From Alphaproteobacteria bacterium (lineage in GTDB: Bacteria; Pseudomonadota; Alphaproteobacteria; Micavibrionales; UBA1664), in the NCBI GenBank assembly GCA_018969935.1, contig JAGWXJ010000002.1, positions 1 through 42,234 of the forward strand: 42,234 nt of DNA. The letters are read 5' to 3'. Both the position numbers and the translations under genes were made by a program. Of this stretch, positions 7,280 through 15,298 are shown piece by piece (position 1 is the stretch's first letter; each line of letters opens with the position of its first letter). The notes beneath the pieces are model-generated. The model was given only the letters and a program-made list of their open reading frames with translations. It was not told the DNA's origin and made no database searches.

Positions 7280-8614
7280 ATGACCACGCAGCAACTTAAA
7301 CTTACGAACTCACTCGGCCGCCGCAAACAGGTTTTCGAGCCACTGAACCCGAACCATATCGGCGTGTATGTGTGCGGGCCTACCGTTTACAACTATGCGC
7401 ATATCGGCAACGCGCGGCCTGCTGTTGCCTTTGATGTGTTGCGCCGCGTGCTGATGCACCTGTACCCGAAGGTCACGTTTGTTGCGAACATCACCGATGT
7501 TGACGACAAAATCATGGATGCGGCTGCCGCGACCGGCCAGCCGATTGACAGCATTACCAAAAAGTTTGCCGATATTTACAACGCGGACATGGCGGCGCTG
7601 GGTGTTATGCGCCCCGACCACCAACCGCGCGCAACAGACACCATACCCGAGATGATAGCGCTGATTGAAAAGCTGATAGCGCGCGGGCATGCGTATGAGG
7701 CTGAGGGCAATGTGCTGTTTAACGTGCCTTCGTTTGCCGAGTACGGAAAACTATCGGGCCGTAACCGTGATGAACAAATTGCCGGTGCGCGCGTTGATGT
7801 AGCACCCTACAAAAAAGACCCTGCCGATTTTGTGCTGTGGAAGCCAAGTGACGCAAGCCAACCGGGCTGGGATAGCCCGTGGGGCCGCGGGAGGCCGGGG
7901 TGGCATATCGAATGCTCGGCCATGTCGGAGAAATACCTCGGGCCCGATTTCGATATCCATGGCGGCGGGCTGGACCTGACCTTCCCCCACCACGAAAACG
8001 AGATTGCCCAAAGCGTATGCGCCCACGGCAATACAGGTTTTGCGCGTGTGTGGGTGCATAACGGTTTTGTAACCGTGGAGGGCGAGAAGATGTCCAAATC
8101 GCTGGGCAACGTCTTGCTGGTGCATGACATGCTGAAGGACGCGCCCGGTGAGGCCATACGTTTTGCGCTGCTGACATCGCACTATCGCCAGCCGTTTGAC
8201 TGGACCAAACGCGGGATTGATGACGCTGTAAAAACGCTCAGCCGTTTTTACGATGTGATTGCGCAAAGCGGTGCAGGGACAGGCAAAATAGATGACGCCT
8301 ATATGGATGCGCTGTGCGATGACCTGAATACGCCAAAGGCGATAACCGAACTGCATACCATGGCCAAAGCGGGCAGGGGCGCGGACCTCAAGGCATCTGC
8401 TGCGTTGCTGGGCCTGCTGCAACAGGAGCCTGCGGCATGGGCCGCGAGCATCAAGCGTGATGTGGATGCAAGCGCTATCGAGGCGCTGATTGCAGAACGG
8501 AATGCCGCGCGCGCCGCCAAGAACTGGAAGGAATCCGACCGCCTGCGCGATGCGCTGACGGCCATGGGCGTAACCATCAAGGATACGGCCCAAGGCACCG
8601 AGTGGAGCGTTTGA
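7280..8614 (+). CDS. cysS: Cysteine--tRNA ligase
   Basis: GPTVYNYAHIGNARP (HIGH motif), WHIECS and KMSKSLGN (KMSKS motif). I prefer ATG 7280 over the TTG at 7262 given in the ORF track. Confidence 0.95.
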   Translation: MTTQQLKLTNSLGRRKQVFEPLNPNHIGVYVCGPTVYNYAHIGNARPAVAFDVLRRVLMHLYPKVTFVANITDVDDKIMDAAAATGQPIDSITKKFADIYNADMAALGVMRPDHQPRATDTIPEMIALIEKLIARGHAYEAEGNVLFNVPSFAEYGKLSGRNRDEQIAGARVDVAPYKKDPADFVLWKPSDASQPGWDSPWGRGRPGWHIECSAMSEKYLGPDFDIHGGGLDLTFPHHENEIAQSVCAHGNTGFARVWVHNGFVTVEGEKMSKSLGNVLLVHDMLKDAPGEAIRFALLTSHYRQPFDWTKRGIDDAVKTLSRFYDVIAQSGAGTGKIDDAYMDALCDDLNTPKAITELHTMAKAGRGADLKASAALLGLLQQEPAAWAASIKRDVDASAIEALIAERNAARAAKNWKESDRLRDALTAMGVTIKDTAQGTEWSV

Positions 8615-8619
8615 AGTAA

Positions 8620-9384
8620 CTAGTTGGGCTGGGAGCGGTTGCCTTGCGCGGTGCCGCCGTAAGCCTGCGCCTTGCGGGCTTGCGCATTTGCCTTGGCCTC
8701 GGCCAATGCTTCCTTGTTGACCATCATGTAGCCGCAGCCGTGGACTGTCTGGATGAGGTCATCGATGCCGGCATTACGCAGTTTTTTGCGTATTTTGGTC
8801 ATGAAAACATCGATGATTTTCATTTCGGGCTCATCAAGTCCGCCGTAGGCGTGATCGAAGATTGTTTCACGCGAGATGGCTGTATTCTGGCGCATGGCCA
8901 GCAATTCCAGTATCAGGAATTCAGTCGTGGTCATGTGCACTTTTTCGCCGCCAACTTCCACGGTTTTTCTTTCCATCGAAATGCTGAAGTTACCAACTTC
9001 GATGACAGGGTCTGCGTACCCGCGTGTCCTGCGGACAACGGCTTCGATGCGGGCGTTCAGTTCATCCTTGTGGCAGGGGTAGGTAATGAAATCATCGGCG
9101 CCCTGGCCAAGTGCGGTTACTTTTGTGTGCAAATCCGTAAAGAGGTTGCCGTAAACAATAATTGGCGTCTTCCTTTTGGCAGCGCGAAGCCTGCGCATGA
9201 AGGTTGTGCCCGTGCCTTCATCGAGTACGGAATTCACCAGAATGATATCGAAATCGTAGCGCTTGGCGATGGACATGCCTTCGTCGGCGCTGTCGGCCGT
9301 GACGATGTTACGATATTCATTCGTTACATCCGCCTCCAGTTTTTGGGATGTGCCGAAGGAGGGTTCTACAATCAGGATGCGCAT
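8620..9384 (-). CDS. CtrA-family (OmpR-type winged-helix) regulator with a degenerate, apparently non-phosphorylatable receiver domain
   Basis: The DNA-binding half is close to CtrA (YGGLDEPEMKIIDVFMTKIRKKL). The receiver reads LIVEPS and DIILVNSVLDEGTG where CtrA has LIEDD and DLILLDLNLPDMSG. ATG 9384 is preceded by AGGAAAG; the TTG at 9405 in the track is less likely. Confidence 0.85.
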   Translation of the reverse strand: MRILIVEPSFGTSQKLEADVTNEYRNIVTADSADEGMSIAKRYDFDIILVNSVLDEGTGTTFMRRLRAAKRKTPIIVYGNLFTDLHTKVTALGQGADDFITYPCHKDELNARIEAVVRRTRGYADPVIEVGNFSISMERKTVEVGGEKVHMTTTEFLILELLAMRQNTAISRETIFDHAYGGLDEPEMKIIDVFMTKIRKKLRNAGIDDLIQTVHGCGYMMVNKEALAEAKANAQARKAQAYGGTAQGNRSQPN

Positions 9385-9393
9385 ATCACTTAC

Positions 9394-9416
9394 TTTCCTA
9401 AGCAAGGCTTAGGAAA
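9394..9416 (-). promoter_or_regulatory. Perfect 10-bp inverted repeat (TTTCCTAAGC-N3-GCTTAGGAAA) covering the SD of the CtrA-like gene
   Basis: Read directly. The 3' arm in mRNA sense contains the AGGAAAG SD, with the ATG 9 nt further on. It could be an operator or an SD-sequestering hairpin. Confidence 0.4.
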
Positions 9417-9443
9417 TCGCACGTATTGCAATGTTCTGTCAAA

Positions 9444-9917
9444 TTAATTGACCCGCAGGCCTGTAACTTTCCAGCCGAAACCCTCACGTTCGAGCAGGGT
9501 TGCGGGCTGGCCATCAGGGTTGTTGAGGACAAATTTTTCAAGCCCTATCCAGTTGCCGTGTACCACCACATCGGACACGCTTGAGGACAGGCCCATGTTT
9601 TTGCGGTGTTCGGCATCCTTGAGGGCAAGGACCATGGAATCGGGGGATACCAGCTGGCGCAGGAAGCCCGCCGTTATTTCGCCCACTATCATTTCACCGA
9701 TGGATTTTTTTTCTACGGGCAGGTTCAGGCGTTTTGCAAAATCATCGGAGAAGGATGCCTTTACGGCATCGAAGTCGACGTATTTTTGTACGGCTGCCGC
9801 ATCTTCGGCTTCCAGTGCTTTGGTGAGCGACGTGGTTGTGGCGTAGGGGCCGTAAACATAGGCGCCGCCAGCCAGCGTTACGAGGATAAATAGAAGACTT
9901 CCGATTTTTCCAAACAT
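9444..9917 (-). CDS. DUF2939-like protein with an N-terminal membrane anchor
   Basis: 157 aa with N-terminal TM segment IGSLLFILVTLAGGAYVY. LTKALEAEDAAAVQKYVDFDAVKASF resembles DUF2939. It starts 9 nt downstream of the preceding gene's stop. Confidence 0.65.
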   Translation of the reverse strand: MFGKIGSLLFILVTLAGGAYVYGPYATTTSLTKALEAEDAAAVQKYVDFDAVKASFSDDFAKRLNLPVEKKSIGEMIVGEITAGFLRQLVSPDSMVLALKDAEHRKNMGLSSSVSDVVVHGNWIGLEKFVLNNPDGQPATLLEREGFGWKVTGLRVN

Positions 9918-9926
9918 GGAAAGAGA

Positions 9927-10703
9927 TTAGTACTGCGCGGGCCGCAAGGCAACTGTTAGAAGGGACTTGGGGGCTGCTACCGTCTGGATGGTAAAGGGGT
10001 TTATCGACAAAAACGGGCGGTTTTCCATGTATGCCCATTGTTTGCGGTTTTCGGGCGATTGCATCATGACCAGCTTGTAGGGCGTGCTCTCGAACGGGAC
10101 GATGGATTTGTTTTTCACGTCGATAACCAGATACCCGCGGTCGGTGCGGAGGGCCAATATGGCGTGGCCTTCGTCTTTTTCATCGCGTACGACGGTCATG
10201 AGCAACTGGTGGTTTTGCCATTTGTGTTTTTTCATCATGATCTGGCGGAACATCAGTGCGAAATCCTCGCAGTCCCCTTTCATGGAGGGGATCCAGCGCT
10301 CGGTTTCACCGTGTATGGCCTGGTCGCTGGCGGGCACGAAATTATCGTGCATCCAGTCCAGTTCGTCGTTCAGGATTTTCCAGTCATTCGCGGTGAGGAT
10401 GCGGGGAGTGGTGTGCTTTAGCGGCGTGGCATCGGCCTCACAGATATCAGCGTGCGCGACTTCATTGCACATTTTGACGTAGCCGAAAGGGGGAAGGCCG
10501 ACGGTCGAGAAATCGGCAATATCGATTTTGCGGGAGGGCATTTCGCCTATTTCGCGCAGGACGACTGCGTGACCGTTCAGGAAGGCGGCGGTATTCAGGC
10601 CAGATTCCTGTGCGCTGGCAGCTGGCGAAAATGCGGCAGCCGCACCCAAGATGAGGGCTGCGGCTGCTGTATTTGAGGCGAGGCGCTGAAAATCGCGTTT
10701 CAT
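9927..10703 (-). CDS. Periplasmic transglutaminase-like cysteine peptidase (BTLCP / LapG family)
   Basis: 258 aa with a signal peptide (AAALILGAAAAFSPAASA). GDCEDFALMF (catalytic Cys), EGHAILAL (His) and LVIDV (Asp) are arranged as in Peptidase_C93. Confidence 0.8.
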   Translation of the reverse strand: MKRDFQRLASNTAAAALILGAAAAFSPAASAQESGLNTAAFLNGHAVVLREIGEMPSRKIDIADFSTVGLPPFGYVKMCNEVAHADICEADATPLKHTTPRILTANDWKILNDELDWMHDNFVPASDQAIHGETERWIPSMKGDCEDFALMFRQIMMKKHKWQNHQLLMTVVRDEKDEGHAILALRTDRGYLVIDVKNKSIVPFESTPYKLVMMQSPENRKQWAYMENRPFLSINPFTIQTVAAPKSLLTVALRPAQY

Positions 10704-10742
10704 GGCCTCTATCTTATGTAAATCAAGCCTTTAGGTCAAGAT

Positions 10743-11369
10743 TTATGCAACTTTGGATTTGGCCCCTGCGGAGCCTGCCTGCAGGGAGGGGTCAATCCAG
10801 CCGATATTGCCGTCAGGGCGGCGGTAAACCACGTTCAGGGTGTCTGTTTTTGCGTTTTTAAACAGCATGTAGTCCTGATCGGCCAGATCCATGCGCATGA
10901 CGGCTTCCGATACGCTCATGGAGGGGATGCTGGTCGTGATTTCAGCCACGATGATGGGTTCGGCGTGTTTGGTTTCATCTTCCTTGTCTTCGGCGATATC
11001 CACGCCTTCGGTCTGGAGAATGTAGTCACGGGCCTGAATGAATGCCGCTTCGGGCGTTTTTTCAAGGCGCTCGTGGTGGTCACGCAGGCGGTTTTTGTAA
11101 CGGCGAAGCTGTTTTGCCACACGCTCGGCCGCTTCATCGAAGGCGATGTAGGGGTCTGCATCGTGGGCGTTGGCCTGTACTTTTACATCATGGCCGACAT
11201 GGAACGTGACGTGTGCGCGGAAGTAGTGGTGGCTTTCTTTTGTGAAGGTGACCGTAGCGTCTGTGACGCGGTTAAAGTATTTTTGTTTGATAGCTTCCAG
11301 TTTTTCTTCGACATGTTTGCGCAGGCTATCGCCCACATCCACATGTTGGCCTTTGACGGACACTTGCAT
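10743..11369 (-). CDS. hpf: Ribosome hibernation-promoting factor, long form
   Basis: MQVSVKGQHVDVGDSLRKHVEEKL.. with a C-terminal dimerisation domain (..MLFKNAKTDTLNVVYRRPDGNIGWI). ATG 11369 has an AAGGAG SD. The position downstream of rpoN is conserved. Confidence 0.92.
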   Translation of the reverse strand: MQVSVKGQHVDVGDSLRKHVEEKLEAIKQKYFNRVTDATVTFTKESHHYFRAHVTFHVGHDVKVQANAHDADPYIAFDEAAERVAKQLRRYKNRLRDHHERLEKTPEAAFIQARDYILQTEGVDIAEDKEDETKHAEPIIVAEITTSIPSMSVSEAVMRMDLADQDYMLFKNAKTDTLNVVYRRPDGNIGWIDPSLQAGSAGAKSKVA

Positions 11370-11487
11370 GGATGAGCTCCTTATTTTCAGTTTAAAAGGG
11401 ATAGGTACATAGTAGCCGAATAACGATGCCCGTAAAAGCACCATGGCTATAAAAATATACCTATACTTCCAGTTTGAAACGGCAAGG

Positions 11488-11513
11488 TTAAATGCGGGTT
11501 AATATTTCCTTAA
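11488..11513. promoter_or_regulatory. Tandem, helically phased CtrA-type boxes: TTAA-N7-TTAA-N7-TTAA
   Basis: TTAAATGCGGGTTAATATTTCCTTAA read directly. The third TTAA overlaps the rpoN stop codon. The boxes lie 120-145 nt upstream of the hpf ATG. Confidence 0.45.
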
Positions 11514-12964
11514 ATTGCGCTATTCCGTTTTTTACGGCGCCTGTCCGCTGACGAGCCTATACCCACGGCTTCGCGGTATTTGGCCACTGTACGGCGGGCT
11601 ATATCGATGCCCTCGGCCTTCAGTTTTCCCGCGATATCGTCATCCGATAGTATGTTTTCCAGTGTTTCAGCATCGACCATGGATTTGATTTTGGCCTTGA
11701 TGGCTTCGGCGGCCAGTTCGGTCCCGCCAGATGCGCCGACGCCGGAATCGAAGAAATATTTCAGTTCGAACAGTCCGCGCGGGGTGCCCAGAAATTTGTT
11801 CATGGTCACGCGACTGACCGTGCTTTCATGGACGCCCACGACCTCGGCAATATCGCGCAGGGTGAGCGGTTTTAGAAACTCGACGCCGAAGAGGAAAAAG
11901 CCGTCCTGTCTTTCGACAATTTCGGAGGCTACTTTGAGGATGGTTTGCGCACGCTGGTCGAGCGCCTTGACCAGCCAGTTGGCGGAGGCCAGCCTGTCGT
12001 TGAGGTAACTGAGATCCTTTTTTCCGACATTCGCGTTCATCACGATGTTTGCGTATTCCTGATTGACCAGCACGCGAGGCAGCGTTTCGTTGTTCAGTTC
12101 AACCTTCCAGCCGCCGCCCATGTGCTTGGGCAGCGGGCGCATCAGAACATCGGGCAGGGCCGTTTGCGCGATGGAGTGGTCAAAATCCGCGGCGGGCTTC
12201 GGGTTGAGGGCGCGGATTTCGTGGATCATGTCCGCGACGTCCTCGACATCCACGCCGCAAATGCGAGCCAATCCTTTCAAATCGCCATCGGCTACTTTTT
12301 GCAGATTGGCGAGGCATTTTTGCATCGCGGGGTCGAGCCTGTCGCGCTCGGCCAGCTGGAGGGCCAGACATTCGGAAAGATCGGCCGCAAAAACGCCTGC
12401 GGGGTCGAACTTCTTCATGCGTTTCAGCAATGCATCGATGCGTTCCTGCGGGCAGCCGAGTTGTTGGGCCAGAAATTCATTGCCCTCGCGCAGGTAGCCC
12501 GCTTCATCGAGCCTGTCGATGAGGAGGGAGCCGATGAGGCGGTCGGCGGAGTCGTCGGTCAAAATTGCCAGTTGTTCCTGCAGGTGGGTGCGCAGGGTTT
12601 TTTTATCTGTCAGGCGTTCCTCGAAGCCTGTTTCGTCATCATCGAAGCTTGTGTTGCCGCCTTTGCCCGTGGTGGCCCAATCGGAGCCGGTATCAAAGCC
12701 TTCCCCCGTGAAGTTGGATTCCATGGAGTCGTTGTCGTCATCGCTCCCGGTATCGGCTGATTCAGCGGGGGCTTCGGCATCACCATCCGATTCAGATTCG
12801 CCTTTTTCAAGAAACGGATTTTCGGCCAATTCGTTTTCGAGGTAGCCCGCAAGTTCGATGTTGTTGAGCTGGAGCAGCGAAATGGCCTCGCGCAGTTGCG
12901 GGGTCATGATGAGCTGCTGCTGGTTTTTCAGCTCAAGGGTTATCTTGGGTTTAAAATCGGCCAT
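11510..12964 (-). CDS. rpoN: RNA polymerase sigma-54 factor
   Basis: 484 aa. N-terminal LELKNQQQLIMTPQLREAISLLQL, an acidic region II, the HTH LTLRDIAEVVGVHESTVSR and the RpoN box ARRTVAKYRE. Confidence 0.96.
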   Translation of the reverse strand: MADFKPKITLELKNQQQLIMTPQLREAISLLQLNNIELAGYLENELAENPFLEKGESESDGDAEAPAESADTGSDDDNDSMESNFTGEGFDTGSDWATTGKGGNTSFDDDETGFEERLTDKKTLRTHLQEQLAILTDDSADRLIGSLLIDRLDEAGYLREGNEFLAQQLGCPQERIDALLKRMKKFDPAGVFAADLSECLALQLAERDRLDPAMQKCLANLQKVADGDLKGLARICGVDVEDVADMIHEIRALNPKPAADFDHSIAQTALPDVLMRPLPKHMGGGWKVELNNETLPRVLVNQEYANIVMNANVGKKDLSYLNDRLASANWLVKALDQRAQTILKVASEIVERQDGFFLFGVEFLKPLTLRDIAEVVGVHESTVSRVTMNKFLGTPRGLFELKYFFDSGVGASGGTELAAEAIKAKIKSMVDAETLENILSDDDIAGKLKAEGIDIARRTVAKYREAVGIGSSADRRRKKRNSAI

Positions 12965-12993
12965 ACGGCGATTGTAGCACCGCTATTTTATTT

Positions 12994-13761
12994 TCAGAGG
13001 GAGAATTTTTCGCCCAGATAAACGCGTTTTACATCGTCATTCGCGACGATTTCGCGGGGTGTGCCCTCGGTCAGGACCTGACCATCGTGAAGGATGTAGG
13101 CGCGGTCCACGATATCCAGAGCCTCGCGCACGTTGTGGTCGGTAATCAGGACACCGATACCGCGCGTTTTAAGGTAGGCGATCAGCTGCCGGATGTCGCT
13201 TACGGCAATAGGGTCGATGCCGGCCAGCGGTTCATCGAGCAGCATGAATTTGGGGCGGCAGGCAAGGGCGCGCGCAATTTCAAGCCTGCGGCGTTCACCG
13301 CCTGAAAGGGCCACGGCAGGCGTACGGCGCAGGTGCGCGATGGAGAATTCGGAGAGCAGTTCTTCGAGGAAACGGTTTTGGTCTTTTTCGGAAAGGGTGG
13401 TGCCCTGAAGGACGGCGCGGATGTTGTCTTCAACGTTCAGGCCACGGAAAATGGATGATTCCTGCGGCAGGTAGCCAATACCCAAGCGCGCGCGGCGGTA
13501 CATGGGCAGGCGCGTGATGTCGTTGCCATCCAGCAGAATATTGCCTGCATCGCCGTGGATGAGGCCCGTCATGATGTAGAAAAGCGTGGTTTTTCCGGCA
13601 CCGTTGGGGCCCAGCAGGGCCACGGATTCGCCGCGTTCGACACGCACCGATACATCACGCAAGACCGGCCTTTGCTTGTAAGTCTTTGCGATATGCATGG
13701 CCGAGAGGCCCGGTTCTACGGACCTTAAGCGCGGTTTTGGCTTTTGCGTGTTTGTTACCAT
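12994..13761 (-). CDS. lptB: LPS export ABC transporter ATP-binding protein
   Basis: Walker A GPNGAGKTT, signature LSGGERRRLEIARAL and Walker B FMLLDEP. The position between lptA and rpoN is conserved. Confidence 0.95.
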   Translation of the reverse strand: MVTNTQKPKPRLRSVEPGLSAMHIAKTYKQRPVLRDVSVRVERGESVALLGPNGAGKTTLFYIMTGLIHGDAGNILLDGNDITRLPMYRRARLGIGYLPQESSIFRGLNVEDNIRAVLQGTTLSEKDQNRFLEELLSEFSIAHLRRTPAVALSGGERRRLEIARALACRPKFMLLDEPLAGIDPIAVSDIRQLIAYLKTRGIGVLITDHNVREALDIVDRAYILHDGQVLTEGTPREIVANDDVKRVYLGEKFSL

Positions 13762-13808
13762 TGGCCTGTATATTACCGAAAGGCGGGTTAGAGCGTCAAA
13801 TATAGGGG

Positions 13809-14597
13809 TTATTCAGGATAAAACACCCCGCGTACGCGACCATCGGACGTGCCATCAGGGGCTGTGCCGCCGCCGTACATTTTGCTGATGTTCGTGTTCA
13901 GATCCACCTCGCCGCGGGTGCCGGTGATGAAGCTTTCGCCCCGGTCGATGCGCACGTTGCCTGTAATGTTGGCAATGTTCGTTTTGGCGTTATAGACGCC
14001 GCGCTCGCCTTGCAACACTTCGGTCGGGGTTGTGATGACCACATTGCCGACGGCCTCCAGCTCCTTCATTTTCGAATTGCCCGTTGCGTCCTTTTCAAAA
14101 CGGCCTATCAGCCTGTCGGCGGTAATCACATCATCGCCCCTTACGGCTTTTGCCTGCCCGTAGGCGTTCATCTCGCTTTTTTTGGCATCGTAGGTGAGTT
14201 TGTCACGCGCGGTTACGGTATCGGTGGGGGTTTTGAGCATGAGGTCGCCGCCCGTCAGTTCCGAATAGCCGGTTTTCACATCGTAGTAGCCTTTATCGCC
14301 GGTGGCTGTTGATCCATCGGAGAGGACGCGCACGCCGCCCTCGGCATCGATGCGGCTGATGTTGATGCCGCCAGCGCCGTTTTTAGCGCCTTCGCTGTAG
14401 GAGGCTGTCAGCGTATCGGCATGGATTTCCGATGTGCCTTGTTTTGCCACGGCGTTTTTGCGGGCGATGTACAGTTTGGCATCGCGGTGCCATTCCAATG
14501 TGCCGTCAGCCGTGACTTCCAGCGGTTGTTTTTGCTGCGCCCATGCGGAGGGTGCGAGCACCAGAAGCGCCAACAGGCAAAAGAGTGCCTTTTTCAT
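13809..14597 (-). CDS. lptA: LptA/OstA-family periplasmic LPS transport protein
   Basis: 262 aa with a signal peptide and a repetitive beta-jellyroll-like sequence (ADTL..A.G.V....). The ATGA overlap with lptC is conserved context. Confidence 0.85.
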   Translation of the reverse strand: MKKALFCLLALLVLAPSAWAQQKQPLEVTADGTLEWHRDAKLYIARKNAVAKQGTSEIHADTLTASYSEGAKNGAGGINISRIDAEGGVRVLSDGSTATGDKGYYDVKTGYSELTGGDLMLKTPTDTVTARDKLTYDAKKSEMNAYGQAKAVRGDDVITADRLIGRFEKDATGNSKMKELEAVGNVVITTPTEVLQGERGVYNAKTNIANITGNVRIDRGESFITGTRGEVDLNTNISKMYGGGTAPDGTSDGRVRGVFYPE

Positions 14598-15289
14598 TTG
14601 CCACCGCCTTTCGGGTTGATGGAGTTGCCTGATTGCAGGACCAGTTTTGCAGGACCTTTGAAAATAGTGATGGCGCCACCGCCGCGCATATCCATGGCCT
14701 GCGCATCGAGCGTGCCTTGCGGGCCTTCGATACGGACGGGCTTATCGGTGCGCGCGTCACTGGTGGCAAGATTCACATACAGTATGTCTGTTTTCATGAC
14801 CGTGCCGTCAGCGCGTGAAAGCACCACGTTATTCTGCAAGGTGAGGTGTTGGTCTTTTTGCTGGTAGACGCCGTTATCGGATACGGCTGTCATTTTTTCG
14901 GTTTCGTTTGTCTGGAGTGTGCCGCTTGGCGCCGACAGGTTGATGATATCGGGGTTTTTGGTGTCCTGAACGGCTACGGAGGACACGATGGTGAAGGGGC
15001 GGCCTTTGCCATCGACGCTGCTGAATTTCGCATTCTCAAGCCTGTTTTCGGCCATCGCTTTTTCGATGGTCGCCTTATCAAGCTTTTGGGGTGAGAAGCG
15101 GCTTTGGGACAATTCGGTTTCAACCTTGGGCCAAATCATCAAGGCAGCGACAATAGCGAGCGCAGCCACGGGCAGGAACCAGCGCAGCCTTTTGATGAAC
15201 GAGGAGTACGTACGGTCGGCAGAGGTGAGCCTTACCGTGCGTCGGCGATCATCGAGGGCGTTGAGGCGGCCTTCTTCCTGCTCTGTCAT
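14594..15289 (-). CDS. lptC: LPS export system protein LptC
   Basis: 231 aa with a single N-terminal TM helix (WFLPVAALAIVAALMIW) followed by a beta-rich domain. It lies immediately upstream of lptA and downstream of kpsF. Confidence 0.8.
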   Translation of the reverse strand: MTEQEEGRLNALDDRRRTVRLTSADRTYSSFIKRLRWFLPVAALAIVAALMIWPKVETELSQSRFSPQKLDKATIEKAMAENRLENAKFSSVDGKGRPFTIVSSVAVQDTKNPDIINLSAPSGTLQTNETEKMTAVSDNGVYQQKDQHLTLQNNVVLSRADGTVMKTDILYVNLATSDARTDKPVRIEGPQGTLDAQAMDMRGGGAITIFKGPAKLVLQSGNSINPKGGGK

Positions 15290-15298
15290 GGCCGGCCG

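Noticed and set aside
7751-8593. 280-aa antisense ORF inside cysS. Similar antisense ORFs are 8644-9447 (opposite the CtrA-like gene), 11945-12760 (opposite rpoN), 16279-16962 (opposite rnd), 30053-31003 (opposite ctaA), 36272-36922 (opposite dnaB), 37288-37917 (opposite rplI) and 41534-42139 (opposite fabF).
   Set aside because: All are opposite-strand shadows of confidently identified genes. None has an SD or a recognisable domain.
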